A stretch of 56,720 nt of DNA, taken from Chara braunii (taxonomy: Eukaryota > Plantae > Charophyceae). Below, one piece after another: positions 25,524 to 38,346 of this stretch. The notes beneath the pieces are model-generated. The model was given only the letters and a program-made list of their open reading frames with translations, did no database searches and was not told the origin of the DNA. Position 1 is the stretch's first letter. Every line of letters starts with the position of its first letter. The stretch is taken from positions 1,288,193 to 1,344,912 of the forward strand of contig BFEA01000029.1 in the NCBI GenBank assembly GCA_003427395.1. Reading direction: 5' to 3'. A program made the translations under genes and the position numbers.

Positions 25524-26358
25524 GTAACCTTTCTTCACCTAAGAGAGGTAGAAAGCTATGCTTGCAGAGGATCTGCTTGCAAGGGTCCCCTGAATAGCCC
25601 TAGGAGTAGTGGTAGGTAGTGAAAAGAAAGATATGTGACGTGAGAGAAAAAAATATATGGCTGTCCCCCGATGAGAAGAAAACAAAAAAAAAATATATTT
25701 TTTTTTGAGGATTCTGTTAGGAGTGTCTAACGAGACCCTAAGCCTTTGCAGCTGGGTCCTTGCGCTTCTCGGGCCATGTCCCATCTACACCATAGAGGTA
25801 CTTCTACGTTGAGCTTTCAACCACGGATGACTTTGTGTGCGTCCATCGGTGGGTTTTGTGGGGATTTCCAGAAACGATATTCATTTGTTTTTTATTGTTG
25901 CAAAAACGACATTAATTCGGCCCAAATCGAATAGAACGCGCCCAGTCGCCCTCCACCCTTTGCGTGGTATATCAATATTTTCCGTGTTGATTGTTGCGGA
26001 ATTTCCGCCTTCTCCCTGTTTTGTGTGAGTTTTTTTTTTTTTTTAATCAAAACACGGGCCTAGTGCCCAAGGCTTATATTGCCAATATGCATTCGAAACG
26101 AGGCCGGGGTTCTCAGAGTCTACCCGGAGGGCTGGGAGCATTACCCAGTTTCGCTTCATACGGGGTGGGAGTGCACCCTGAGGGGACCAACCCCTGATCT
26201 TCAGATAGCACACCTTTAAATACCTGTCCTAAATAACGACCCACCCCTAACATGAGGTAGGGGAGCCTTAGCTCCTTAACTCTCCATGACACTCCCTCCA
26301 AACCCAAGACCTTTTCAACTGCCCTCCTACTACGAAGACATACCGAGCGCCCAAGTAC

Positions 26359-29300
26359 TTATTTTATGCTAACCAACCATTCGTCCAATACCAGCTTACC
26401 ATTCTGAATCCTGACCAACTTCCCCAGGATTGTCCAAGTTGCTAAGAACCAGACCGTGTCCGCGGCTTTCGGTACTGTCGTTGGTATCTTACGTTTCCAA
26501 TCGGCCCTTATGCTTCTTCTGATGTGTAGTTTCGTTGCTGCCTTGATTGACTGATCCGACATGAATCTTCCCTCAAACAGACACTTGTTTCTTACTTCCC
26601 AGATGACAAAAAACAGGCATGCTTTGATGGACTGAGCAACATAACCTCACCCTTTATACAGAGCAAAGCCTTCTAGGACTCCGCCGAACAGAATCCAGCG
26701 GTCGTCCCAGGGGAAGGTTGGGCCACTGATGTGGGCCCAGTGGATGAGTCAACATGCCCAAATTCTTCTTGACAGAGGGCAGGAAAGCCACATGTGTACT
26801 GTTGATTCAAATGACCAGTGACACCTTTTACATTCCAGTGAAACCTCCATACCCCTTTCTACTAGCCACACTGCAGAAGGGGTGGATAACAGTGAGAGCA
26901 GCCGCAGTAACGCAGTTGCTCTCTGCATTGGTATCTTTTGTAGTTGTTCCCCGCAGCGTGTAATATCCTGGTTAATGGTCACATCCTCTGTTGTGGATAC
27001 CTGACTCCATCGATTCGTTGCCACCACGATGGAAGATCTAGTTGTTCTCTGAAGCTCGTATCCTCCCGCTGAAGTGTAGTAAGTGAGCCATGCTTCCTGT
27101 GAGAAATTCCTCAAGCCTATCCAACCACATCTTGGGGTCCAGTCTCAGCTGTCTGATAGGAGTGTCGTCTGCCCAGATTGTGCACGACCATTCTCCTTCA
27201 TTGTTACAAGTTTCTCTCACTCTGATCTGGATCAGATTACCTAGTGGTCTACAAGGTGTGGAAGCGTGCTCTTCATTATAGTTTATAAGCTTGTTCGAGG
27301 ATGCCAACTTGGTCCACTGTTGAAAACTTATGGACCCATCAACATTAATCGAGATCAGCTTCCAAAACGATTTTGATACGTCTGTGTGCTCGTATTGTTC
27401 TTGTACAGTGAACCATGTCCCCGGTGTCGGAACTCCTGTCGGGCTTAGCAGGTGCTTCCGCTCGGGGGGGAGAGCGGACCTCAGGAGGACCACTCTCTTT
27501 TCCACTTGGCCCAACTAGCCAAGTTTTACTTTGAGACTGTCCATCGTTAACCATTGTCCTGTGAACTCATCCTAGAGATCTGATACTCTCAGTGCTCCCT
27601 TTTCCGTCCATTGTCTGCCAAATGCATATCGGCCACTTCCTGCGGAAAAAGTAAGTCCCTCATTGTCCCGAATAAACGAGTTGTCAAAAACCGGTTGCAA
27701 CAGGACTTCTTCTTTTGTAGATGGTGGGGTCCACTGACGCGGCTCAACTTTCTTCCAAACCCTCAGTATATCAGACCAGAAGGGAGACGAGGTATGCCTA
27801 GGTAAATATGAGTCCATCATCATGCAAGTCCAGACATCCTTGGGTCTGGACAGGTTCCAATCCTGCGCTAGAATCTTCTCAGCCAAGCAGATCCAGTGAT
27901 CTTCTGAGGTGCTCTCAATAGCTCTTATAATCCATTTGACCAGCAGGGAGGCATTTTGGATGGCAGGGTCTAGCAGTCCCAACCCGATCTCTTATCTGCG
28001 GTGGCAGATCAGATCCCAAGCGACTTTCGAGATAAAGCCAGACTTTTCTTTCGCAAATGGTTTCCACAAGAAATTTGTTGTCACCTGACGGACGACCTTC
28101 ACTAGCTGCTTACCTAGTGCTCTGACTGTGCCAACATACCAGAGGAGGGCAAACAGGGCCACGTTAACTACCAAGGCTCGTCCAAACAAGGACAGATGCT
28201 GGGCCTGACCCCATAGATTGATTCGTTGCACTATTCTTTGTTGTAGTAGGTTGTTCTGTGCTTCTGCACAGTGCCCGAGTGTGACCTGAACACCTAGATA
28301 CCTTTTAGAGTGACCACCTGCGATTCGTTTCATTCCCCACTCAACCGCTATTGAAAAACCATCAGGAAGGAAGTAAACTGATTTGGACCAATAAACTGCT
28401 GCTTCTGACAGGGTGGCGTACTCCATCAAACACGATTTTACAGCCTGCAAGGATTCTCTCGTGTTTTCGGAGATCACCATCAGATCGTCTGTCAGTGCTT
28501 TGACACGACAATCTCTATGTTGGATGGGTAGTCCTCGAATATTTGGGTTTACTCTGATATTGGTGATCAGTACTTCCAGTTGTATCACAAATAGGAGGGG
28601 GGTCAGCGGGTACCCCTGCTTGAGAGACCTCGTCAATGCGAAGGATGGGGAGATATGCCCATTCACTGATACTGACGCAGTGGAGACTGTGTAGAGGACG
28701 GATACCCAACGACAGAAATTAGGCCCAAATTGCAGACATTTCAAAGTGGTGAGTACATATGCCCAGTTAACACTATCATAAGCTTTTTCCAGGTCAAGCA
28801 GCATTACTGTCATATCAAGGTTTTCTTGGTCTATCCATTCTAGTGCCTCAATGGCGGTAACGATGTTGTCAAAGATGGATCTGCCCTGAACAAAGGCGGC
28901 CTGGTCGCGATCAACCAACTGAGGTAGGTACCTACCTTATATGTTTGCTAGTAGCTTAACCAAAATCTTGTATGATACATCCAGCAGCGAGACAGGTCTC
29001 CAATTGTGGATCTCTGCTTTGTCACCTTTCTTGTACAAAAGGGTAATGATTCCATGTGTCATAGACTTAGACAACATTCCACCGGTGAGGGCATCGTTGA
29101 AAATTTTGACCAAGTGGGGCAGCAACCGTTTGCCAAACTGCAAATAGAATTCGACTGGCAGGTCGTCCCTGCCAGGGGATTTGCCTTTCGCCATGAAGTT
29201 AATGGTTTCCTCCAGTTCCTCAACTGCTACTGGACGGTCGAGTGTCAGCTTGTTACTGTTCAGAAGTCTAACTGTCATGTTTTCCCAGTGGTGTGAGGCT

Positions 29301-30619
29301 TCAGTAAGGTTTGTATCAGGGGATTCCTCTGGTCTGCGTGAGGTTAGAATATCCTTAAAGTATAATGTCGCATAGTTACAAAGTGCGTCGGGGGAGGAGG
29401 TTATTCGCGCCCCTGGTACGAATGGGTCATTGAGCACTTTCATCGACTGTGTTGATCTTTTGGGCAACAGTTTCTGAAAAGCTTCTTTGGTCATTCGGTC
29501 GTATACTAAAATCCCTTTCACTGTTAGTCTTTCGGCCCATTCCTCTGCCCTCTCTTGCTGGATTTCATCCCACTTGTTTAGTAATTTGATCCTTTCAGGG
29601 GCTGAAACCTTCGCAGAGATGGGGTGAAAGTGCATACGATCCTCTACCCATTATAGGTCTTTAATGATGCTTGCTTCCTCCTTGTTGCGCTCCGCTGCCA
29701 TGATGTAAGAGAAGATAATGAGACAATTGGTTGCTATGGACGTTCCTGCGTCCCACAAGTCTCCCAGTGTTTGGAAGTGGTGCTGCAATTTTGGCCAACT
29801 ACTGAAAAAATTATCTACCCAGACCGAGAGGCCTGGGTCCTTGAGATTTTGTACGTTCAATCTAAAAAAAACATTGCCTCTATCTATTGTGTCTTGTATC
29901 TGGAAAGTAAGCTTGATTGGGTAGTGATCAGACGTGGGGTTCCTAATTACCACTATGTTCAGAAGTGCGTCCCACCATGTTGGGTTCAGAACTACAAAAT
30001 CAAGTCTTCTGAGCGAGCCTGAGCTGTTACCTTCTCCCGGCCTGCGACCCCCAGGTATAACCAGGGTCTGTGGGATGTATCAGTCTGAACGCATCACAGA
30101 GCTCCAAGTCTGTCAAGAGGTCCACTAGTGCATGAATGTCAAGGGATCCCCCCGACGTCCCAGTTAGATCATCCAAGGAGCAATTCCAATCCCATGCTAT
30201 CAGAAAGTTGTCGACATCCGGGGTGTAGGCTATCAGATCCTGAAAAAAATTATTCCTTTCTTCCGTATCTACTGGGGCGTACACCGTCATAATAGCCATG
30301 TCGAGCCCATATGCAAAGAGCTTTATCCAAGCCCACCTTCCCCACAAGTCCCCGGTGGAGTCCACGATTTGGATCGGGAGGTCCCTATGTAACAAGATCC
30401 CCACCCCCCTCTGGTCCCGATTGTAGGGAACCAGAGTTGAGGGTCATCCCACCAGTTGCCCAGCTCTCTGATCTTCTTTTCGTCCAACTTTGTTTCTTGC
30501 AGGCATACGATCCGTACCTTCTGGTAGTGAAGCCATAATTTCAGCCTTGATCTTTTACCCCTTCTAGATGCATCGCACAACTCCTTGATATTCCAGGAAG
30601 CAGTATTCAACTTATCCAT
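26359..30619 (-). pseudogene. LINE ORF2 (APE endonuclease, reverse transcriptase, C-terminal Cys/His finger) with multiple frameshifts and stops
   Basis: APE motifs SWNI, CLQETK, VYAP, WDWN and SDH; RT motifs KSPGRDDLPVEFY, NWRPVSLL, QAAFV.GR, LDLEKAYD, KQGYPLTPLLF, LTDD and RYLG; finger CKRC...ESTVHMWLSC. Confidence 0.95.
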
Positions 30620-32934
30620 GCATTATGATGTCCAGTGCCCCTGATTGGATAGGAGGTGGGTGATGAGGCCTTAGGCCAGAGGTTTGTGGGGGTCGGGATC
30701 CCGTTATGGAGGACGAGCCAGATGTAGCAGTGGTCGTCCATTTCTGGGCTAATATGTTCTTCAAGAAGAGGGATTGTAGAGTCTTGTTTCTTGCCAGTTT
30801 GCTGTTAAGGTTGTTAAAAAATACAGCGTCTGAGACATGTTGAACCCATATTTGTTGCAGGGAGACTGAGTTCTCTTCAACAAATATGGATAATGGAATC
30901 AGTCTCATGCCTTCCATGAGGAGGTCGTTCATTTTGTCGGGTGCAATGAACGCGTCCAACAATGGTACGAAAACCTTGCAGGTACGGTTGGAAAGATCCT
31001 GATAGAACCGTGGCATGGCCATATCCGGGACCAATCTCAAAGGGAAGCGTTCACCAAATAGTTATTTCGTTGCATCTAGTAGAATTCTCTGCGGTGTAAC
31101 CGTCTCCTCTGTGCTTTGTGATGCGAGGTTGATTCTCAAGTCTTCTGCTTGCCATGCAATGACATGGATCGACCCATTGATCAGCGAGCAAACTAGGGGC
31201 ACAAGCCATTTTTCCATTGACGTGGACTGAATCTTTGAGGCAGTAATTGCCCTTCGACTCCTTGAGGTCTTAACGCCTGTTTGCGCTAATTATGTTGGAA
31301 ATCTGATTGATTTACCGATTCACATTAGCTGGACACTGAGGTCTTGGACGTCTCTATACATGGGCCGCTCGAAGCCGGGGCTGCCTCTAATAGCAGCAAT
31401 TGAGCAGGGGAGGCGTCTGGTCTAATCGTCTTAGGAACTTTCAAAGGGGACTGTCCCTGAGCGCTTCGCCCTTGAGCATCAACTGCCGAAGCTGCAACTC
31501 CTATAAGAGGGGAGGGGTCAGTAGATGATTGGTTTACCCTGCAGTTAATGGCCTAGCCAATAGAGGAATGGGGCGGATTGGCCTGGTGTGTACGAGAGAT
31601 TCTATGCGGGGGGGGGGTGGTGGTGGTGGTGGATCCTGCCCTACCGTGGTCGCTGATCTCATCCAATAGGTCGTGCTTGGTCCTGGGATGTGCATCGGTG
31701 GGATGGATTCGCCTGTCATTCGAGGCTGCATGTCCATTCTCATTCCCCCGTACGGGTCAGCCTCGTGTCTAGAGTTTGGGGAAAATACGGGATTGATTCG
31801 TCCTAATTGTGCGTTGTTGTCTCTCGATAGGATGCCAGGGGGTCGTACGTCCTGGGGAGGGGGCCAGACTGGTGAGAGGCTTCTGGATCGAAGGTTCGAT
31901 CTCTGGGAATTCTGGTGAGATAGCGGGCCCTTGTACTTCGAGCTTCCCCGCCTATTGGCTGAGCGAGAAACGGGTTCAGACTGCGCACTAGAACTGGATG
32001 CCAGCGATGATCTATCGTCCTCGTCCTTTTCCATATGTGATGCTCTCTCTCCTCTGAACTTGCTACGCCTTCTGTTCTGGTTACTCGTTGATCGGGTGCA
32101 TTCCTCGTCCGAGTGGAAATACCATTTGCATCGTGTGCAAAACGGTGTGGATGCGGATGCAAGCTTTACTTCTACCATATCTTCCTGTTTGGTTCGCACC
32201 CAAACCCGATCCATGAACCTTTCCCGACACGAAGGATCCAGTTCACAACGGATATTAAACAGTCGAGGATTAGAATTGAATCTGTCCGGTTCATCCATCT
32301 TCCGTACTGGTCCAATGACACGAGCTAAGGATGAACGAAGGTAGAAGTAGGCATCTAACGACACTTGTACCGCTAAGACCCAGAACGTGTTTTCAAGCTC
32401 TATTCTTCTGAATTCTTTCCATTCTGCTCTGGGCATCCATGCTTTCGTTTCAAATACATACCTCATCCCTTTTAGCTTCATCTCTCCCGCACCTTCATTT
32501 ATCATCCATTCAGCAACCACCCTGTCTCTTGCCACATAGGATAGAACGTTTGGTCCCTCAGATCTAATTCTACCCCTCCCTACCGGCGGATCGAAGATTC
32601 CCTCCTTTCTCCAGCCATTCTCATATGAGCGGACGATATCCTCCTTCACTTTTCTCGGAAGATTCCTGGCTTCATCTCGGAATATGACAACCACTGTCCG
32701 TTTTTTCAACCACTGAATTTTGATTTCAACGAAACGGTGATCAACGGTTACCACCGCCTCGTTCCCTTCTATAGTGACATCCTCAAATGGAATATCCTCG
32801 GGGCAGTGACCATCATCATAGCACATTGAGCATAAAATTCGAACCCTTTCTTCGAACAGTCTGTCCTGCTCGCTCTGGGGAGAGCCTGTCTCCCCATCGG
32901 TCATCACAAGCTCCGCCCCATTTGGGGCTGCCAT
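30612..32934 (-). pseudogene. LINE ORF1 (gag-like, CCHC knuckle), disrupted near 31.5 kb, with an extra C-terminal domain
   Basis: 466-aa ORF with CTRCKWYFHSDEEC (CX2CX4HX4C). The downstream segment ends at 30612 and overlaps the ORF2 ATG (30619) by 8 nt. Confidence 0.85.
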
Positions 32935-33970
32935 CTGAGACCCTAGTCCTTGCGAGGTGAAATCTGCAAGAGCGGGGGAAGGGGGGCCGGGGGGGGGGGG
33001 AGGATTTGAAACCTAATAGTTGTCCCTATAACGACTTCCTCCTCGCTAACCAGTTTGCGGGCGGAAGGCTGAGATTCGCGGGTTTGGAGCCGAAGGGATG
33101 AGGGGCGGCGACGACTGCCAAGTTCGAAAGATAAGTATCTGTAGAACCGTATGCCTCTGGGTAACAGCCAGCGGCACTGGAAACTACGTTCGGTGATTCC
33201 TACTTACCTGTGGTACGAGTAACGGCATACGCGCCGCGTGGTAGACTGTGCTCAACAATTACCTCTAGTATCTCTAGTAGAAGCCTGTCATTCTGAGGAG
33301 GCTATCGGTGCGAAACAAAACCCTCCGATCTACAAGAGGCTAAGCATCCCATCTATTCTATTGAACCAGGTAACGATCGTGCAGCGGCGAAAGCTTGCAG
33401 CTATCAAGCAGGGTTCTCAGTTGTTTCCCTAGTGGAAGAGCTGTCGGAAAAAAAGAGAACAGCACTCCGACCAGCAATCACCGAGACAGACCAATGGTAC
33501 ATTCGGCAAGATCGAGTTGAGTTACCCTCTTGTCTTGAACTAGCCTTCTGATGCTTGGATCTTGGGACGGCTTGTACTGCTCCGCTGTGCCATTCACTGC
33601 CCCTGTCCCGAACCTCGGGTGCAGGGGGAGGAGTCCTTGCTGTGGTGGCCCAGTGACCGGCTATGTTGTCCCTTGAGATTAGTCGTGGCGGCGGAGTACC
33701 TACGTCATGGTGAAACGGGGCGGGCTTGAAGCGATCATGCTGCCATAGCCAAGGCCATGGTTGCCGCTTTTACCGTGGTAACTTGCGTCATGGCGGCGTG
33801 AGAACCACTTGACGGCCGGCAGGTTCACTGTGGTGGACCTCTGCCGGCAGCGCTGCCGTGGGCAGCGCTGAACTCCGCGATTCGATACCGACCAATGACA
33901 TATCTCTAGGTGGTTTAAGCCCAACCAATTCAATTACCTGTCAAATCTGGACAGGACAGCCTTTCAGGCC

Positions 33971-34354
33971 TTTTTTATTTTCATTATAGTATTACGGGGA
34001 ACCCCGTAGCAGCCACATCCGTGCTCAAGCCTCCAACGAGGGAACATGCGGGAGCTGCACCCACCAGCAGGTGCGATACCTGCTACAGCAGATGATACCG
34101 GCCAGGGGTCAGCCGGTAGCATCAGGACCGAGCTTCTTCGATGGGCCAGTCACTGTGCCTCCCCTCCGGTCCCCTCCCCTATGAACATCAGCAGTCTCTG
34201 CTCAATGCCACTCGTGGGGACCAACGGCATATCTCTAGGTGGCGGGCGCCAAGCTTGCCCAGGAAGGTACATGAGGCCAATGGGGATTGAACCCAAGACC
34301 TCCTGAATGCCGCTTGCGTGCCTTACCAACTGAGCTGGGCCGCTGGATGGCCGG
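33971..34354 (-). mobile_element. tRNA-derived SINE-like module at the LINE 5' end
   Basis: Minus strand GCGGCCCAGCTCAGTTGGTAAGGCA...GGAGGTCTTGGGTTCAATCCCCATTGGCCTCA (A box, B box and T arm at 34272-34343); A-rich end at 33971-33981. Confidence 0.75.
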
Positions 34355-35972
34355 CCTGTTTTGTGTAATAGATCGAGCTCAAAAGGAAAAAGAATTGTGA
34401 GAGGCAGCTGGTAGGCTTAGGAGTAGAGGTAGCGACGTAGTAAAGGTGAATTCGCGCGAAAACAAGAAAAAGAACGAAAAGAAAAAAAAGACAAAACCGA
34501 CAAGTCGGAGCTGCGTGAATTCAACACATTCTCGATGGCGAGCGTCGAGATGGGTGTTGACATGTCTGACATGGTGTCATCTAACCTACGGCGTGTTTGC
34601 GCTGTGCGACCGGTCGCACAGCAGGACAGGCAGGAGGAGAGAGAACAAGTGAGAGGAGGAAGAGAAGGCAAGAGAAAACGGGGAGGAAAGGCAGCCGCCG
34701 AGAGTTGGACAGGCGACGGTAATCAAGGTATTCCACCTTCTTTCTCTCTTCCTTCTCTTCCTGCTGCTCATCCACGTGTCCCCAGGCCTTCTCCACCTTG
34801 CTCACCAGCATCCCTCGACAGGTATCCCTCTGGTCCACGTGGCCCCCGCTCATTCCCTGGCCCTCGGTCGTCCACGTGGGCCGCGATCGTCCACGTGGGC
34901 CGCGATTGATCACTTGGCCTCCGATCTTCCACGTGTCCGCCAATCGAGGTATCACTGTTGTTCCTCTTCGATGTAGTGGTCAAGAACCATTTCCTATCTG
35001 TTTCTTTATCCTTCTGTACGCTGTCATTTTTCTTATTTACCTCTGTGGGCATTGAACTTTTACGTTCCTGGGCGCAATTTCGGCGTTTTTCTTGAATCGA
35101 AATCGTCAGGGCTTACCGGGTTCCTGCCAATAGGACCTGACGACGATTTCGGTTCGAGAAACGCCGAAATTGCGGCCAGGAACGTGAAAGGTAAATGTCC
35201 AAAGGAGTATTATGTTTTCGTAGCTGACCGTAAGCTTACGGATATCTACGACTACCGCTCAACCGCAATAAAGGAATAGCAAGGTGCCTCCTTGCCTTGC
35301 CTTCTTCCTCCCTCACACTCCCCCCTCCTCGTCCTCCTCGTCCTCCTCGTCCTCCTCCTCCTCCTCTTCCTCCAAATCTTCCCCTCCTATTTGTCCTTGC
35401 TTAGCTCCTCGTGATCTGCGAACCTTGGCCTCGCTCCACTACTCACGACATGTGCAAAACGAGAGTGAATCTTCCGATAGAACATGGAAAGATACACCGC
35501 CATGGTTTTTGTCTTCTGTGCACGTCGAGAGTAGTGGAGCGAGGCCCCTTCAGTCATCCTGCACCACCTCGATCCATACGTTCTGCATCTGGTCGAGTTT
35601 TTTTTTTTTTTTTTTTTGTTTTTTTTTTTTTGAAGGGGGACGGCCTTGAGATATCGTCATTAAGCTGACCGGCCCCAGGTAATTCAGAAATAGTTGGTTT
35701 CACAACTTTTACTCGTCAGCTTCCATCATCTGGATTCGAACACGGGACTGTATTTTCAACAGTTCATGGGTGTACCCACTGAGCTAGGCTCTTGGGTAGT
35801 CGGGGTCTTTTTTTTCCCTCTTCTTTTTTCGTTTTCTGTGCGGAACCGAATCGGTCGACAGAGAGCGGAACCGAATCAGCCCACTCTGTCGACCGAAAAA
35901 GGTGAAGTGGTCAACACACAACCCCTCGCCCATGTGGTGGAGGTCTTCACTCCCCCCGACGGACCCCATTAC

Positions 35973-36080
35973 TAATAAGCAGGGAAATCGACGATGGTCG
36001 GAACTGAGTACAGAAACATAAAATGATCATCCATCAAACTGAGTTACCGGTGCGACCATCGTCGATTTCCCTGCTTATTA
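35973..36080. mobile_element. MITE / fold-back with a perfect 28-bp inverted repeat
   Basis: taataagcagggaaatcgacgatggtcg / cgaccatcgtcgatttccctgcttatta. Confidence 0.8.
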
Positions 36081-36182
36081 CTGTAGTAATTCGGTCCGTC
36101 GAATTACCATCGTTGAAGTCTTCTTGCTCATTTGGGTCCAGCGAATTACCATCGTTGATGTCTTTACGCGCACACATAAAAT

Positions 36183-36379
36183 CGAGCACTTTTGTCAGGG
36201 CTCCAGCGAATTGTTAACCCTGGGCGACGTGGTGAGTCCTTATCCATCAGTCAAATGCGTCCTGGGCAGACTGTCTGGGTTCAACCTCCTCGGCGATAGT
36301 CGGCGGAAGTCGGACGAAACAGTCTGTTCGACACAGTCGCGCTCTTTCTTTTGTGGAGGCTGTGCATAGCGACCATGAC

Positions 36380-36385
<6 letters not shown>
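36183..36385 (+). mobile_element. Hammerhead-bearing repeat family B monomer running into (CA)n; ribozyme motif at 36266-36327
   Basis: Reverse complement of the 46296-46492 unit. CAGACTGTC...GTCGGCGGAAGTCGGAC-GAA-ACAGTCTG is present, but the CTGATGA box is disrupted. Confidence 0.75.
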
Positions 36386-36426
<41 letters not shown>

Positions 36427-36450
36427 CACACACACACACGCACGCACAGT

Positions 36451-36490
<40 letters not shown>

Positions 36491-37550
36491 TAGGAATTAC
36501 CATCGTGATTGTCGGTCGTAGAGTCGTTGATTTTTTTTTTCTTTTTTCTTTTTCCTTTCGCCTCATCCAGTTGGATGCCTGTTCCTGCATTTGTCAGGAG
36601 ACATGAAAAATTGTGAATATGCCCCTTGTGTGATCCTCCCGTTGTGTAGGGAGGCGTTTCGAGTGTGTGGATAGAGTCATTACATTTATTGATGCGCATA
36701 TCTACATGTGGATAATGCCGATTTTCGTTTTCTTTTTCTTATTCCTTCCCCCCTCCCCCCCCCCCTTTCTTTTTCTTTTCAAAAATGCCGATTTTAGATG
36801 TGTAGATACCTCCTACAATCTTCACGTCGATGATTGGCGATGATCGATCCCACGGTGTACATTTCATCCCGTCACAGTCCTTTTCTTTCTTTTTTCTTTT
36901 CGAAGCGCGACGGCCTTGAGATATTGTCATTGATCTGATCGGTCCTGAGTAACTCAGCTATATTTGATTTCATTCATCTGGTTCCTTCATCTGGATTCGA
37001 ACATAGTTCCCTATTTTTTTTAACAGTTCATCTGTGTACACAATAAATTACAGTAAAAAATCGTTGGTATCGCAGTCCTTTTGGTTCGGGATGGGATTTT
37101 AGCTTTTCTGAAATAGAATCGTGGGGGTTTTCATTTCATGTGTGAAATAAGTAAATAGAAATATCTGAATGGCTTTGGATGTTAGAGACGGACTGGTGCA
37201 TGATCTGCATCCGGGTGCCCTTTTTTCAAAAGGGGCGATGGCCTTGAGGTATATGATCATCATCAAACTGACCGCCCCTAGGTAATTCAAGATTGTAGTA
37301 TTTTTTTTTAGTCCTTTGACTTGAGTGGAGTTCGAACTCACTCAGGTCTGTATTTCAACAGTTCAGTTCAGGGGTGTTTTACTGTATTACCAGCTGAGCT
37401 ACTACCGTAGGCCAGTTGGTGGTACATCCGGGTGTTTTATTATTATTATTATTAGTAGTAGTAGTAGTAGTTACAGGTACATTGGGATAATTTCTATCAC
37501 GGAAATTCCGAGTAATTCACGAAAACGTTTTTCACGAAAACGTTTTTTTT

Positions 37551-37933
37551 TCCGATTTTGGATTCGTCACGAAAACTCAAATCTTGACCCTATTCATCGT
37601 TCGTCCCGTAGCTTGCTGTCCCGATCAGACCTTACGAGTAAGCGCGCGCGCGCGCGCACGTGTGACAGACCATTGCAGCGACTTACTGTAAGTCCGATTT
37701 TGGATTCGTCAGGGAAAAAAAAAAGGAAAAAAAAAAGATCTATTCATCGTTTCTCCCGTAGCTTGCTGTCCAGATCAGACCTTACGAGTAAGCGCGCGCA
37801 CGTGTGACAAACCATTTTTGCAGCGACTCAAGTCCGATTTTGGATTCTTCAGGAAAAAAAAAAGAAAAAAAAAAGAAAAAAAAAAGGGTCTATTCATCGT
37901 TTCTCCCGTAGCTTGCTGTCCCGATCAGACCTT
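37551..37933. repeat. About three tandem ~150-bp units
   Basis: tccgattttggattc...ctattcatcgtt..tcccgtagcttgctgtcc.gatcagacctt occurs three times. Confidence 0.85.
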
Positions 37934-38346
37934 CTAAAGTCTCTGGAGACTAACGCTGTCCCCGGAGATGGCTGACTTATAGTAGTAAGTACGGTCCTGC
38001 GCCGAACAAAATGAACCCTGATCATGAACGTATCAAGCCACCTTTTTGGGTCCGGTACATCCATGATGAGGGTGCCCTTTGCTCGGGCCCTTCTAAACTC
38101 CCTGGAGACTAACGCCGTCCCCGGCGATGCCTGACTTATAGTAAGTACGGTCCTGCCCCGAACAAAATGCACCCTGATCATGAACGTATCAAGCCACCTT
38201 TTTCGGTTCGGTACAGTCCTGATGAGGGTGCGTTGTGCTCGGGGGAAGATTTTATGCACCCTGATATCAAGCCACCTTTTCCGGTCCGATACGGTCCTGT
38301 TGAGGGTGCGTTGTGCTCGGGGGGGGGGGGGGGGGGGAAGATGGTA
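37930..38346. mobile_element. Tandemly amplified MITE-plus-flank units (TACCGTCTTCCCCCGAAC subfamily)
   Basis: tacggtcctgccccgaacaaaatgcaccct ... gagggtgcgttgtgctcgggggaagat; same TIR as at 3390 and 51210-51234. Confidence 0.7.

Larger units (their letters stand above)
26027..34354 (-). mobile_element. Full-length decayed L1/Tx1-clade LINE with a tRNA-derived 5' module
   Basis: TSD cctgttttgtgt at 26015-26026 and 34355-34366; poly(A) tail (T-run 26030-26044); ORF1 and ORF2. Confidence 0.9.
35641..37410 (+). repeat. Dispersed ~140-bp repeat family (35641-35790, 36911-37040, 37239-37410; also ~17647-17770)
   Basis: Shared ggccttgagatat.gtcatt...ctga.cgg...ggattcgaac...aacagttca. Confidence 0.65.

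Noticed and set aside
34272-34343. Functional tRNA gene
   Set aside because: The anticodon and acceptor stems pair poorly and it sits at a retroelement 5' end, so it is treated as a SINE-type head.
38219-38250. CTGATGA as a hammerhead core or snoRNA box C
   Set aside because: No GAAA or stem III follows; the sequence is the inner part of the MITE TIR (reverse complement at 3395-3425).
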